64,000 nucleotides of DNA from the NCBI GenBank assembly GCA_051362555.1, contig CM120642.1:248001-312000 (forward strand), given 5' to 3'. The DNA is from Lingula anatina (Eukaryota; Animalia; Brachiopoda). Under the pieces are notes generated by a model that worked only from the letters and a program-made list of their open reading frames with translations, did not search any database and had not been told where the DNA came from. Positions 26,191 to 38,000 of this stretch are shown here, piece after piece (position 1 is the first letter of the stretch; each line of letters begins with the position of its first letter). The position numbers were made by a program, and so were the translations under genes.

Positions 26191-27099
26191 TAAAAGGTTT
26201 AAGCACGTGTCTTCCACCAAATCTTGTGAAAAAAAGCGTTTAAATGTTCATAATACATTATTTCTCAGCAACTTTAAGACAAGGAGAATTGCTTAATTTG
26301 ATTAACACAAGAAAAACCAATGCTGCTTATTCTACAAAGTCCAAATATAGCAGAATCCAAGCACCAGAGTACTGTGGTTAAAAGAAACAATTACATAAAA
26401 CTAACACATGTCCTCACATGATCATGATATTGTTAGGAGATTCTCCCTCAGTTATTAAAATTATTTCTACAATTTTAATACTCTCTACTGCAACATTTTA
26501 TTGAGATTCATATATATTCTTTTAATTTGTATTCTAAAAACTTAAAAATAATTATGTAATACGTTTTCAAAACTTTATGTGATAGCTGGGCACCTTATTT
26601 CATACTGTAAGACTCATGGTCATTTACTGAAGATTGATGTTCATACTCTTGCAATGGCTAAACATGATCAATAAAATCTTACCCGTCTGAAATAACAACT
26701 AATTTAGCATACACATGTTCTGTAACACATCTATCATTAAACGAAAAAAATACCGTACCTGCAATCGCCTGATCGTTTTCTTTAGAAGTGAAGTCGACCC
26801 AACCTTGAGCTTTTAAACGATCAGATGTGTTCTGTCGAAATACCGAGTCGTGCGTGCTTTTATTATCAAATGATAGATTAGGTCGTCCTCACAGATACAA
26901 ACTTTATTGATTTATCCATAAATAGTGTTATTCCCAGGTCACATGGTGTTATCAAAGATATGCTTTATATATAATTAAATCAATGTGATATTGTGGTTGT
27001 TGAGACGTACTAGTCGTATGACGTCAACACAATGTATGTATTTCACACCCGTGTATGGTGCGGCTTAATAGTAGTCCAGAGTGATACAATGTGTAAAGA

Positions 27100-27366
27100 A
27101 TATATTAGACTCTTAGCGACCATCCCCACAGATATTTGGATGGATCTATCTCCCTGGGGAGGCTCACTAAATTGCTCTCAACCTAATCGGCTTAAATATC
27201 TGTCACGCCTAGTAAAGCTGTTAGGGGGTAATTATCTTTACCCTAGCTGATTTGGTAGGTGTGACAGACCTTTAAGCCATATAAGTTGATAGCAATTAAG
27301 TGAGACTCCCCAGGGAGCTAGGCCGATCAAGATGGATCGATCTAGGGAGGGGAACCCAGTCTTATA
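27100..27366. mobile_element. Fold-back MITE
   Basis: CTCCCTGGGGAG.CTCACT.AATTGCT...CTGTCAC.CCTA mirrored by TAGGTGTGACAG...AGCAATTAAGTGAGACTCCCCAGGGAG. Confidence 0.6.
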
Positions 27367-27497
27367 GTATATTTCATTCTGGGTTTTTCATATTGCTCCC
27401 TTCGTGCAAGATCGATTAAAATGTCATTTAAAGAGTTGTTAGTTTGTAAAATGTATATACTTGTCTATGATCAAAGAAGTTGTTATCTTAACTATAT

Positions 27498-27660
27498 CCC
27501 AGCGGGCAAATTATGTTGTTTTTACGTTGAAACAACGTTGAACCATAACGTTGATAATACGTTGGATTAACATTGAATTTGAAAGTTGACTCAACCTCAG
27601 ATAACAACGTTGTATCAACGTCAGATAACAACATTGTATCAACCCCAGTTGTTAGACAAA
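27498..27660 (+). mobile_element. EnSpm/CACTA-like terminal fragment
   Basis: Starts CCCAGC followed by clustered CAACGTTG-type repeats; partner end not seen. Confidence 0.4.
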
Positions 27661-28292
27661 ATTCTTGAATGAAAAGGCATTAAAATGACCTGAGATGTTT
27701 TTATTTTTGGTACAAAACACAGCTACACAATTATAACGAACCCTGTAAAAACATCCAAGAACCTGCTTTGTCTGATTTTTTCAACGCATTTAGCTCCTAA
27801 GCATGTTTTGCACCTAAGCAAGGTACACCTTTTTAGTCTGGATCGGCCGATTTCATAAAGGAGGTTTAACTAAACCTACATGTAGCTAGCTATTAATTTT
27901 GAAGTCCAAGAACTCATCTGTTTGGGGGATATTTCAATGAAATGGGGAAAAGTTTTTTGTGAAAAGTTTTTTAATGAATGGTGAAACATTCGTGACTCTT
28001 TACCTTTCTTGCATTTGGCACACCCAATTAATTAAAATAAGAAGTCAAGGCGTCAAAACTGCCAGACACTGGCACCGACAGGAGTCACATTAACCTTTTG
28101 ATTGCTGCATATTTAAACCAAGTAGTTGCACTAGTACGATACTATATCAATATATATCATTAAGTGGACTAACTGTTATTTTTTATTGGGTCAAAGCAGG
28201 CTAAAAGACATTCGGTCCTTAGTTTCTCATTGGACCCGTACGAAGGTGCAGAGCCGACATTGAGGGAGGGAGCAGCAACTGGACTGCTACGT

Positions 28293-28838
28293 GTCTGCTG
28301 GCTGATTGCAGTAGATGTGATCCACAGACACAATGTGGTAGGTGTATATAGCTTGTGGAGTATTAATTGTACATGTCTGCTGGCTGATTGCAGTAGATGT
28401 GATCCACAGACACAATGTGGTAGGTGTATATAGCTTGTGGAGTATTAATTGTACATGTCTGCTGGCTGATTGCAGTAGATGTGATCCACAGACACAATGT
28501 GGTAGGTGTATATAGCTTGTGGAGTATTAATTGTACATGTCTGCTGGCTGATTGCAGTAGATGTGATCCACAGACACAATGTGGTAGGTGTATATAGCTT
28601 GTGGAGTATTAATTGTACATGTCTGCTGACTGATTGCAGTAGATGTGATCCACAGACACATTGTGGTAGGTGTATATAGCTTGTGGAGTATTAATTGTAC
28701 ATGTCTGCTGACTGATTGCAGTAGATGTGATACACAGACACAATGTGGTAGGTGTATATAGATTGTGGAGTATTAATTGTACATGTCTGCTGGCTAATTG
28801 CAGTAGATGTGATCCACGGAAACAATGTGGTAGGTGTG
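28293..28838. repeat. 82-bp tandem minisatellite, ~6.7 copies
   Basis: Unit GTCTGCTGGCTGATTGCAGTAGATGTG...TTGTACAT starts at 28293, 28375, 28457, 28539, 28621, 28703, 28785. Confidence 0.95.
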
Positions 28839-30262
28839 CCAGCTTCTGGTACAATGTGTTAGATGGTACTGTTTTGTTCACATACCACAATTAATCAGAT
28901 AAGATACTTATTTCATTTTCAGATATTATTTTAATGGTTTCTTTTAGAACTTTTGTTACAAAAATAGGCCAACACCTCCTAGTTTCTGAATACGAAAATT
29001 CCCCATACTAGCAAAGACCTCCTTGTAACCCACATAGTTTAGTACATAGTTAAGTACATAGTTTGAAGTGTAGTTTAATTTCTTGGAAAATGCAAGTACA
29101 AAGTACTGCTGGTGCTTTTTATTAAAATTTATTCATAAATTTCAAGCATGAACAATTTGAAATTAAGCATTATATTGATCAAAGAATGAATCAGTTTCAG
29201 TTTTTTCTTCTCTTCAGTTATACAGAAATTTATACCTTAGAACCATTTTCTTATTTACTTAATTGTTGTTGAGAATATGCTTCCATTTTTTCCCCTTAAC
29301 TAAATTTGTCACAATTTATTTCCATATTTTTGAAAATTTTCTAAAATTCTACAAAGCAATGAAATATGTCACAAAAGGACAATAATTACAATCGTTCTGT
29401 TCTGAAATCTTACATTTCTTTTTTAATATTTTCCTGTGATAAATTTCATGCAGAATTTTCCATATAGCCGCTGTAATTAAAGACTGATTATATGCCAGAG
29501 ATATTCACTTTCATACTACATTGTATGGTACACTTTCATTTAGGAATATATTACCTCTTAATTTGTTCAAAACAAGTTCATATCTTACTTCTCTTGCAGT
29601 AATATATTTTGATTGTATCCCTTTGAACGTCAATTAATACGTTTTGATATATCATTATCCTTAACTAACTGATTCGCGATAAAAAAAAATTAACACTTCA
29701 CATTCAATTAATGCAAGTCTATTACGCCCCACCACTTATTTACTTGATCCGTAAGGTGAGGTGTAAGTCGCAGTGAAGGCCACGTGTAAGCCTTGATTTA
29801 CCATATAAACTACGTGTTTTAAATTACAGATATCTTGTGGTGTTTGCTTACTTGGCATGGATGGTAGTGTGATAGTTTGTGATAAGTTGGGAAACACCAT
29901 TTCTAAGTCAAAATAAGAGAAAAACAGTGCATTTTGCGGCATCATATACTGACCGCCAATGAAAACGATCCAGTAAAAATTTATTTATTTTTAGTAACTT
30001 TTCAAACTTTCAATCGTCATGAAACATTACCTTCATTGGACATGCACGGCGGACAAGTGAATTATAGTAAAATGCTGTCGTGATCTTGGAAAATGTGATA
30101 AACGACATTTGTGGCATGGAAATCAGATTGTCAGCCACCCTCGTCTCAGAGATTTGCTGCACACATCGAGGGATGAACACCATACAGTCACTGGGACAGA
30201 GGACAATGGACCTCATCCAGGCAGAGATGAGATAACGTAACTACACCAAGATATGTACATCC

Positions 30263-31089
30263 GTCCATGACATCCTAGAGGTCGAATTAACCCAGCAAGT
30301 CGCACCCGGGGGAAGACGCTCAGTTTGCCCAACAGTCGAAGCACCACAGTAGAACGACGCCTATATCAGCATTACCTACAGGCACAGAGGAATAAAATGT
30401 AACATCCATCCGGCATTAATCCCTCACAATGGGTTTGGGAACCTAACACCATAACATTGATCAGGACTTGAAGACTTAATCTGTTCCTGGAACATCACCG
30501 AGTCGTTCCCTTCCCTGGGCAGACAGGTCTCCTATCCACCTCTCCTTAATAGACACCAACTGGAACAGGTACTTCAGGAAGAATGGGACTGAATCCCAAA
30601 AGAAGTATGTTATAAAGCATGAGTCAGATACTTGACGTGTCACATAGTGCCTATACTCAATACTATAGTGTAATGAGGTCCATGACATCCTAGAGGTCGA
30701 ATTAACCCAGCAAGTCGCACCCGGGGGAAGACGCTCAGTTTGCCCAACAGTCGAAGCACCACAGTAGAACGACGCCTATATCAGCATTACCTACAGGCAC
30801 AGAGGAATAAAATGTAACATCCATCCGGCATTAATCCCTCACAATGGGTTTGGGAACCTAACACCATAACATTGATCAGGACTTGAAGACTTAATCTGTT
30901 CCTGGAACATCACCGAGTCGTTCCCTTCCCTGGGCAGACAGGTCTCCTATCCACCTCTCCTTAATAGACACCAACTGGAACAGGTACTTCAGGAAGAATG
31001 GGACTGAATCCCAAAAGAAGTATGTTATAAAGCATGAGTCAGATACTTGACGTGTCACATAGTGCCTATACTCAATACTATAGTGTAAT
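30263..31089. repeat. 415-bp tandem duplication
   Basis: 30263-30674 repeated at 30678-31089; identical peptides in ORF track at 30476 and 30891. Confidence 0.92.
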
Positions 31090-31736
31090 TGGAGATGATA
31101 AAATTCGGCCTCAGACACAACAACACATTTGACTTTGTATCTCTCTTGTGTAGCTCTGATTATGAATTATGTAAAAAGACTCCTTAGAACATTTTCATGG
31201 ACGGTCAGTAATGTACTGTGTATATAATGTTATGCCTAAATGCCTATATAACCAGAACATTGGTTTAATTCAACTTGCCAAAACTTGTCTTCTAGAGACA
31301 TCATTTTACTACTGTAACACTGGCAAAATATAGCAGCATTTTTCTACTTTTTCTTTCACATATGGTGGATAATAGTAATATATAATAATAATATCACGCA
31401 ACAAAGGACTAGAAAAAATCAACGGAATTTAACCAGGTGGCAATTCAAACATTTTCATTTGAAAATCTCATTTAGGTCTATGAAGCTGTCTAATTTAAGG
31501 TGTTATTAATACCATATTTCTTAGTCATTAGTGCTATGGGGGGAATGTGATCACATGACGGTTACCATATAAGGTTCCGCACTTGAAAAATTTTAATTAT
31601 TACTTATTTAAATACCCGGTAATCGGGTATGTATGGACAACTAAAAGCATTGGATAATTGATATTAAAGCACACATGATGAGCATGCATGTTAACGTTAT
31701 TGTTATGTTCGTCCTGTCTGTTATATTTCATTCATT

Positions 31737-32006
31737 TTAATTTGGGTCATAATTCCACAACGTATTCCAAACTCCACGATTTCTCATTTTTTCTGTTTTC
31801 TTATCTGCTGCAGCCAGTTCCTGTTGATGTTTCAGCTTTTCAATCAACATCTCCTTTTGATGTTCCATATCCGCCATTTTAGCCCGTTCTTCAAACTTTC
31901 TACTGAAATCCTTCATCATCTCCATTTTTTCCTCTTGTCCAGCTTTCTTGAGATCCTCCATTTTTTTCTCCAAATTTGACTTCTCCGCTTCCCAACTTCT
32001 CTGCAT
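31737..32006 (-). CDS. GBP: GBP paralog B terminal coding exon
   Basis: tttag|MQRSWEAEK...GVWNTLWNYDPN*; phase 0 matches the donor at 47100; E/K/M-rich coiled coil. Joining across a 15 kb intron is inferred. Confidence 0.7.
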   Translation of the reverse strand: MQRSWEAEKSNLEKKMEDLKKAGQEEKMEMMKDFSRKFEERAKMADMEHQKEMLIEKLKHQQELAAADKKTEKMRNRGVWNTLWNYDPN

Positions 32007-35000
32007 CTAAAATTGTCACAATTGGCACATTTCACAATCACTTCAATCATCTAGCTTTTATCACAAATAACGTTAGATTTTACACCAATTTTCACCGGAC
32101 CTTTGCAATTAAGAAGGCCTACATCAGTTTAAAATATCTTATCAATAATCTCCCGCGCCACCTAGTTCTCCATATTAGTACCTTTGTCAATAAATACACC
32201 AAATTTTGTGAATTTTCCGCAGAGGTCACGAACTCGTACATAGTTAACAAGAGCTCTTAGCAAACGCCAAGAAACAGCATTGACAGTACTGCGCTTCAGT
32301 TGCAGAAAGTGGCTTCTTGACGGAAAAACCTGGAGGCCGTTTCACGAAGCAGTCGTTGGTTAGAATAATTCACTACTGCACTAATTCGCAAACGAGATAT
32401 CTTAACGATTTTCGAGTGGTGTTTCACGAAGCAGTGGCTAACTCATCGCAAAGTACAGTCGTAAAGTTCGGTCGTTAGTTCTCTCGTTACTCAACGTCCT
32501 CTCGAAACAGCTACGAGCAGTGGAACTCTTGAGTAAAAGTGTCACGAATGCACTAACTATAACTGCCTTGTTGTCGGGACACGTGTTTATTAGAATCAAC
32601 TCCACTGAGATACACAATGACCTCCCAGGTCAATACACACGTCATATAGGTGGCGCACTGCATAACATGTGACACTAACTCTCCAATTTTTGGAAATGCA
32701 TAAAAACGTACGTCTGTTTTGCGGTCGTCGTACAGCCGTTCTTTTTGTCACAGCCAGGCATTATCGAGCGTATATTCTAATGGAATACCAATACAAGGTT
32801 TACTCTATGCTGATGACCTCATCCTTATGTCCAAGACCCCCAAAGGGCTAAGGCAAAGTTTGGAAATTGTAGAAAATTTCTGTAACAAGTGGAGACTGAC
32901 TGTAAATGTCACCAAAACTAAAATAGTTATTTTCAACTCAAAATCAAAAGCTCACAGTGAAAAATTTTTTCTTTATGGAAAACCAATCCAAGAGGTCAAC
33001 AAATACATGTATCTAGGTCTCCTTCTAAATCGATCAGGAAGCTTTACAGAAGCCCAAAGTAATCTCCTACAACGTGCTACAAAGGCATTCTTCAATCTGT
33101 CCAAGTCTCTTTCACTTCAGAGTAATGTTAACATATCCTTAAAAGAGAAATTATTTGATACCCTCATTTCCCCAATCCTTACATATTGCTCAGAGATATG
33201 GGGCTACTCTGTGTCAACGGATAACTGCCCTACAGAAAAGTTGCACTTGAAATTTTGCAAACAAATCCTTGGCCTCCATCAAAACGTATCAAACTATGGT
33301 GTATACACTTGGCCGCCTTCCCCTCTATACCAAAATACAGTTTGCATCTGTCCAACTATGGTGTAAAATTATTCAAATGTCAGATGCTACACTAATGAAA
33401 CAAGCATACATACAAGAGATAAATAGTTACAAGTTGCTGACACCTTATGTCCCACCCGCAGTCCACACACTCAGGATAGCTTGTATGTCATGGTCTGAGG
33501 GTATCCGAAAAATCCTTTTCACATTTGGCCTTGGAGATGTGTGGCTTAGCCAGTCACCTCCAAAAAACTTCACCACAATTTTCAAACAAAGACAAACCGA
33601 CCACTTTACCCAAATGTGCAATAGCAAACTTCAAGCCAACAGTAAATTGTCTCTCTTCCGTATACTTAACCAAAAGTGTGAAAGGGCAACTTATGTTGAT
33701 AAAATAACAAATTATGACACCTTGTCAACCCTTGCTAAACTACGTCTTAGTGACCATAAACACCACATCGAAACTGGGCGGCAGACCAGGCCAAAAACTG
33801 AAAGGTGCGACAGAATCTGTCGCCTGTGCACCCAAGGGGTAATTGAAGATGAATACCATTTTATATTCCAATGCCCAATGTACAAAACAGACCGAGTCAC
33901 CTTTTTAAGTAAAACCTCAATCCTAAAAGCTGATCCCAGGTCACCAGACAGTCATTTATGCCATGTATTTAACAGTGCCAAAAAAGATATACTCTAGTGT
34001 CCCTCTCCAACTTTATAATCAAATCATTCAAGAAAAGAAGTGAAGTAGTTGCTCTGCTTGGTAACTCTTAGCATATCCCTTAAAATGTCAGTGTCTAGTC
34101 CCACTGTTGTGAGAAGTGACTCGGCAGTGGGACTGAACATTTATATCTATAATATTTATATCTGTGTAACTTATTTACTTATCTGTCTTATGTAATTGTC
34201 ATTAGTCGTAATTATCCATGTCATCAAACTGGCTTTAAACAGCTATGTAACCTTGGTTTTAAGTTTAAACATATTATTTTTTTGTAGCATGTTTATAGTA
34301 TGTTTATGGTAAATTTAAAATCACACCAAGGTTTATCGCATTGCTTAGATAGAATATTTTATGAGTAATTTTACTGATACGTATGTCCATTATATAAAGA
34401 TGGTAATGCACTAACTGTATTGTATTGTATCGTAATTAGTATATCATATTGTACAAGGTCATGACAATCTATGTACCAGTACAGAAATAAATTGGAATTG
34501 AAATTGAATTGAAATCTAATAGATTCTGCCTCTGATGAAAACGTCGTAGTCTACGTTGCCGTCTGGCGGTACGGACAGCAAAGAAGGCACCCGCCAAATT
34601 GTATTCAAAGACAAACGACAGACAATTGGTAACTATATGCTACCTTTCTATATTCATTACGCATGCGTACGATCAAACTCTAGAGTTCGCGACTGGTCTG
34701 ACCAGTCGTTAAATATCCATGGTAACAACGACACAATAACGAGCGATAGCTTCGTGAAACGGCAGTCATAACATCCGATCGCTGACTAACATCTGCTTCG
34801 TGAAACGGCCCCTGGTTGGCTTAACAAGAGTGTGCAAGTTGAGGGGATGAGAGGTACATTTAGGATTAAAAAACATTGAGAGCTTCCATGCATGCATTAA
34901 CTAGGCTTGCTTACTCGGAAGAATTACCATTTGCGACCGCACGCAAAAATTTTGATCGATCGCTTTTTGCTAGCAAAACCTACCCCATGTATTCTCGAAG

Positions 35001-38000
35001 ACTTGGCAACAACAATAAAGGGTACTGGAGGAGACCTGAATTGTGCCGGAAGTGTGATGTCATGTGACGTCTAGTGGTGTAAGATGCGAGGCTGAGTGGT
35101 TATTTTTAGCTGGAGGTGAATGGAGGTAAAGACATGAACTCGGAGAAAAAAGCAGTTTTCCAACAACATGGTAAGATAACATTTTTTCTTCACGCATTTA
35201 AGCAGATAATACTTGTAGAAATAGTAGATGTATGATGCAGTGTATGAAAACGTGACACGGAACTTGAATGTGCAAAATTGTGCTTAATTTGCAGTCAATT
35301 TGTTTTGAAATATATGCTGCATCGACCGCCAGCGCGACAAAGAGCGTCAAGGGAAAATAATTACTGTACCGCTCGTAGCGTGAACCACCCGTTCTGCTCA
35401 TGCGCACAAAGCACAGGCACATCTGAGAGACTTCCGGCGTGTACAGTCCGTCTCTATCGAGACATCAATACATTCTTAGCCTTAAATTAACATACGCTGT
35501 TGAGAACATACTGCAAATTCAAACATAATCTTTAGAAGTATTCATATCTTATAGATGTTCACCTCAAGTGCGATTTCCTTCAAGTGGCCATATCAACACA
35601 CTTGCCTAGTAAAATCAATACAAAAACAGTAGGCCAACAGCCCGTCCATGGTAGGTTCATCCATACGTCGAAATGTAATTTGACGCTGATTTTCTATCAA
35701 AATTATCAATTTACACATGAATTTTACTTAGAAATATCCCCATCATAGTAAATGCAAAAATGAGGTAGAAATGAACTAGCCGAATATAACAAACAGTACT
35801 GGTGAATAACAAGGGATCATTCACGGAACGGCTCATACACGCGTCTGCTGCGTGTACAATCGGTCAGGACGGATGGTTCACGCAGAACGGACCGTACACG
35901 TGACAACGGGAGGCTATTCTCATGCCAGTTGGACATATTAACATCTAAAAATTGTCACAATATCTTTAAAAGATACATCTTTACACAGGAGTCGTGGATC
36001 GGTACGGTTCAGTTGTCAGTTGCGAACTACTTCACAAGCTCCTTCAAAGATTCTTCAAACATCGTTATAATTGTACCCTAGGTTCTAGATTCCGGTATTG
36101 CCAGCTCGATCTTGATTTCATATATAACCCATAGTAGCAATACCAGGCTCTAGCGAACAGCGGCAGCTCGGGGGCGTTCTTATTCAAAATTCTGCCTGGG
36201 GCGCTTCCATATTTGGAAGTCACACGTCACAGCTGTGTCCGCCTGGATCCATATTTGGAAGTCATAAGTTTCGTACGTCACAGGTTTGGCCGCCTGGAGC
36301 TGCCTTTCCCGCCTTGCGCTGAAGTCTCGTGCAGGCGAGACAAGAAGCAATTAAAGTGGAGTTAGAAGTTTGAATTGAAAATATCTTGCAGTCGAAGGTC
36401 AGTGCCACAATACAAGCAACATTCTGCTGTAAAAACTTATTTTCGTGTAGCCATTGCGCAGCCCTTATAGTGGCATCGGGCATACAGTGTAGCTGTCAAA
36501 TTTGGCACACGGCAAGCACATGTATTGTGCACGTGTATATCTCAGGACTAAATGTTCTTTGATAAGCAAAAAATACAAAAACATTGGATATATCTTTTCT
36601 TTCCGAAGAATATTATTTATTTTTTCACTTTACATCTTAAATACAGTAAATAAAATTAAATAAAGCAGAATTAAATTTGTTTTACGATTTATTTTGGTCT
36701 GATGACATTCAACTGCAGATTAACTGCGGAGCAGTTCTATTTGATTGACGGAAACCTAACATGGCCGCTGGTCTTCAATGCTAGTAAAAGCGACTCCACC
36801 ACAAGGTATATTTAGCAAGCTAGCTTTTACGTTGCTCTGACACTCAGGGTATATAATTGCATCACATTTCAAAAACCCCCAAAAATACTTAGATATGGAC
36901 ACAACAGATTGCATACATGCAAAAAGCCCACATGATAACGACTAATAGCCTCCCGGGAATTCTTTTCCCTTGACGCTCTTTGCGGTTGATGCAGCATATA
37001 TTTCAAAATAAATTTGAGTGCAAATTAAGCACGGTTTTTCACCTTAAAGTTCCGTGACACGTTTTCATATCATGCTCATTGTTTCTACAAGTATTCTTTG
37101 CACAAATGCATAAAGATAAAGTGTTGTCTTAACGTGTTGTTAAAATAACTGCTTTTTTCTCTACCCACGTCTTAATTCCTATTCACCCCCAGCTGAAAAT
37201 TTAATGACCATTCAGGTTCACGTCTTACACCACTACACGTCACCTCCGGCACAATCCGTCTCCTCCGGAACCCTTTATTGGCTCTTTTAATTTCCTATTG
37301 TGTTTGATTGTATTATGACCGGTGTAACAGTAACCCCCCCCGGAACTTACAGGTAGGTTACTGGCTCATAATTATAGTAGGTTGGAGTTGCATTCTCAGT
37401 ACTTAGTGACGAGCGGACATGCGTTGCTATGACGTGCACCCCTGCCACACCGACTTGCCAAGCTGGTAGAACTGCTTAGGCCCCTTGCTAAGGGATGCAA
37501 GTCATGGACAATGTCTACTTTTGAATACAACGCAAACGGAAGATCATCTACGGAGGTAGGTGGTGATCTCTAGAAAAGCAACGGACAGAAAAAACGGCAA
37601 ACCACTACCAGTACAGTGACAAGTCAATCATAAAAATGCACAGCTTGGTGAAGGATGTTACCTTGTTGTGCCGTGAATTTCGAACGGCCCCTAAATTTCG
37701 AAAGATCTTAAAATCCGTCTGGAGTCTTTCATGACCAACTACCAGTGGTCAATTGTTTGCGATCTTGATTTTCACGAATTACGTACAGTTTTAAAATTGG
37801 CCATCGGGCTATTTTCGGTTCATAAAAATCTAACAGTCGGCAATGTTACCTTATCATACCTTTACCTGAGTACTACGTGTTCGGCCAAAGGTGCAAGATA
37901 ACGATTGGTACAGTTGGCTTAGGACGCGAGACAACATCGTCATCGCCATAACGGGAGTTTCATTTACATAACAGGAGAATCAATTAAGGACTGCACTGTC

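Noticed and set aside
28293-28838. CRISPR array
   Set aside because: Units repeat in full with no unique spacers, no cas genes, eukaryotic context.
34530-34562. CTGATGA hammerhead-like core
   Set aside because: No downstream GAAA core or closing stems.
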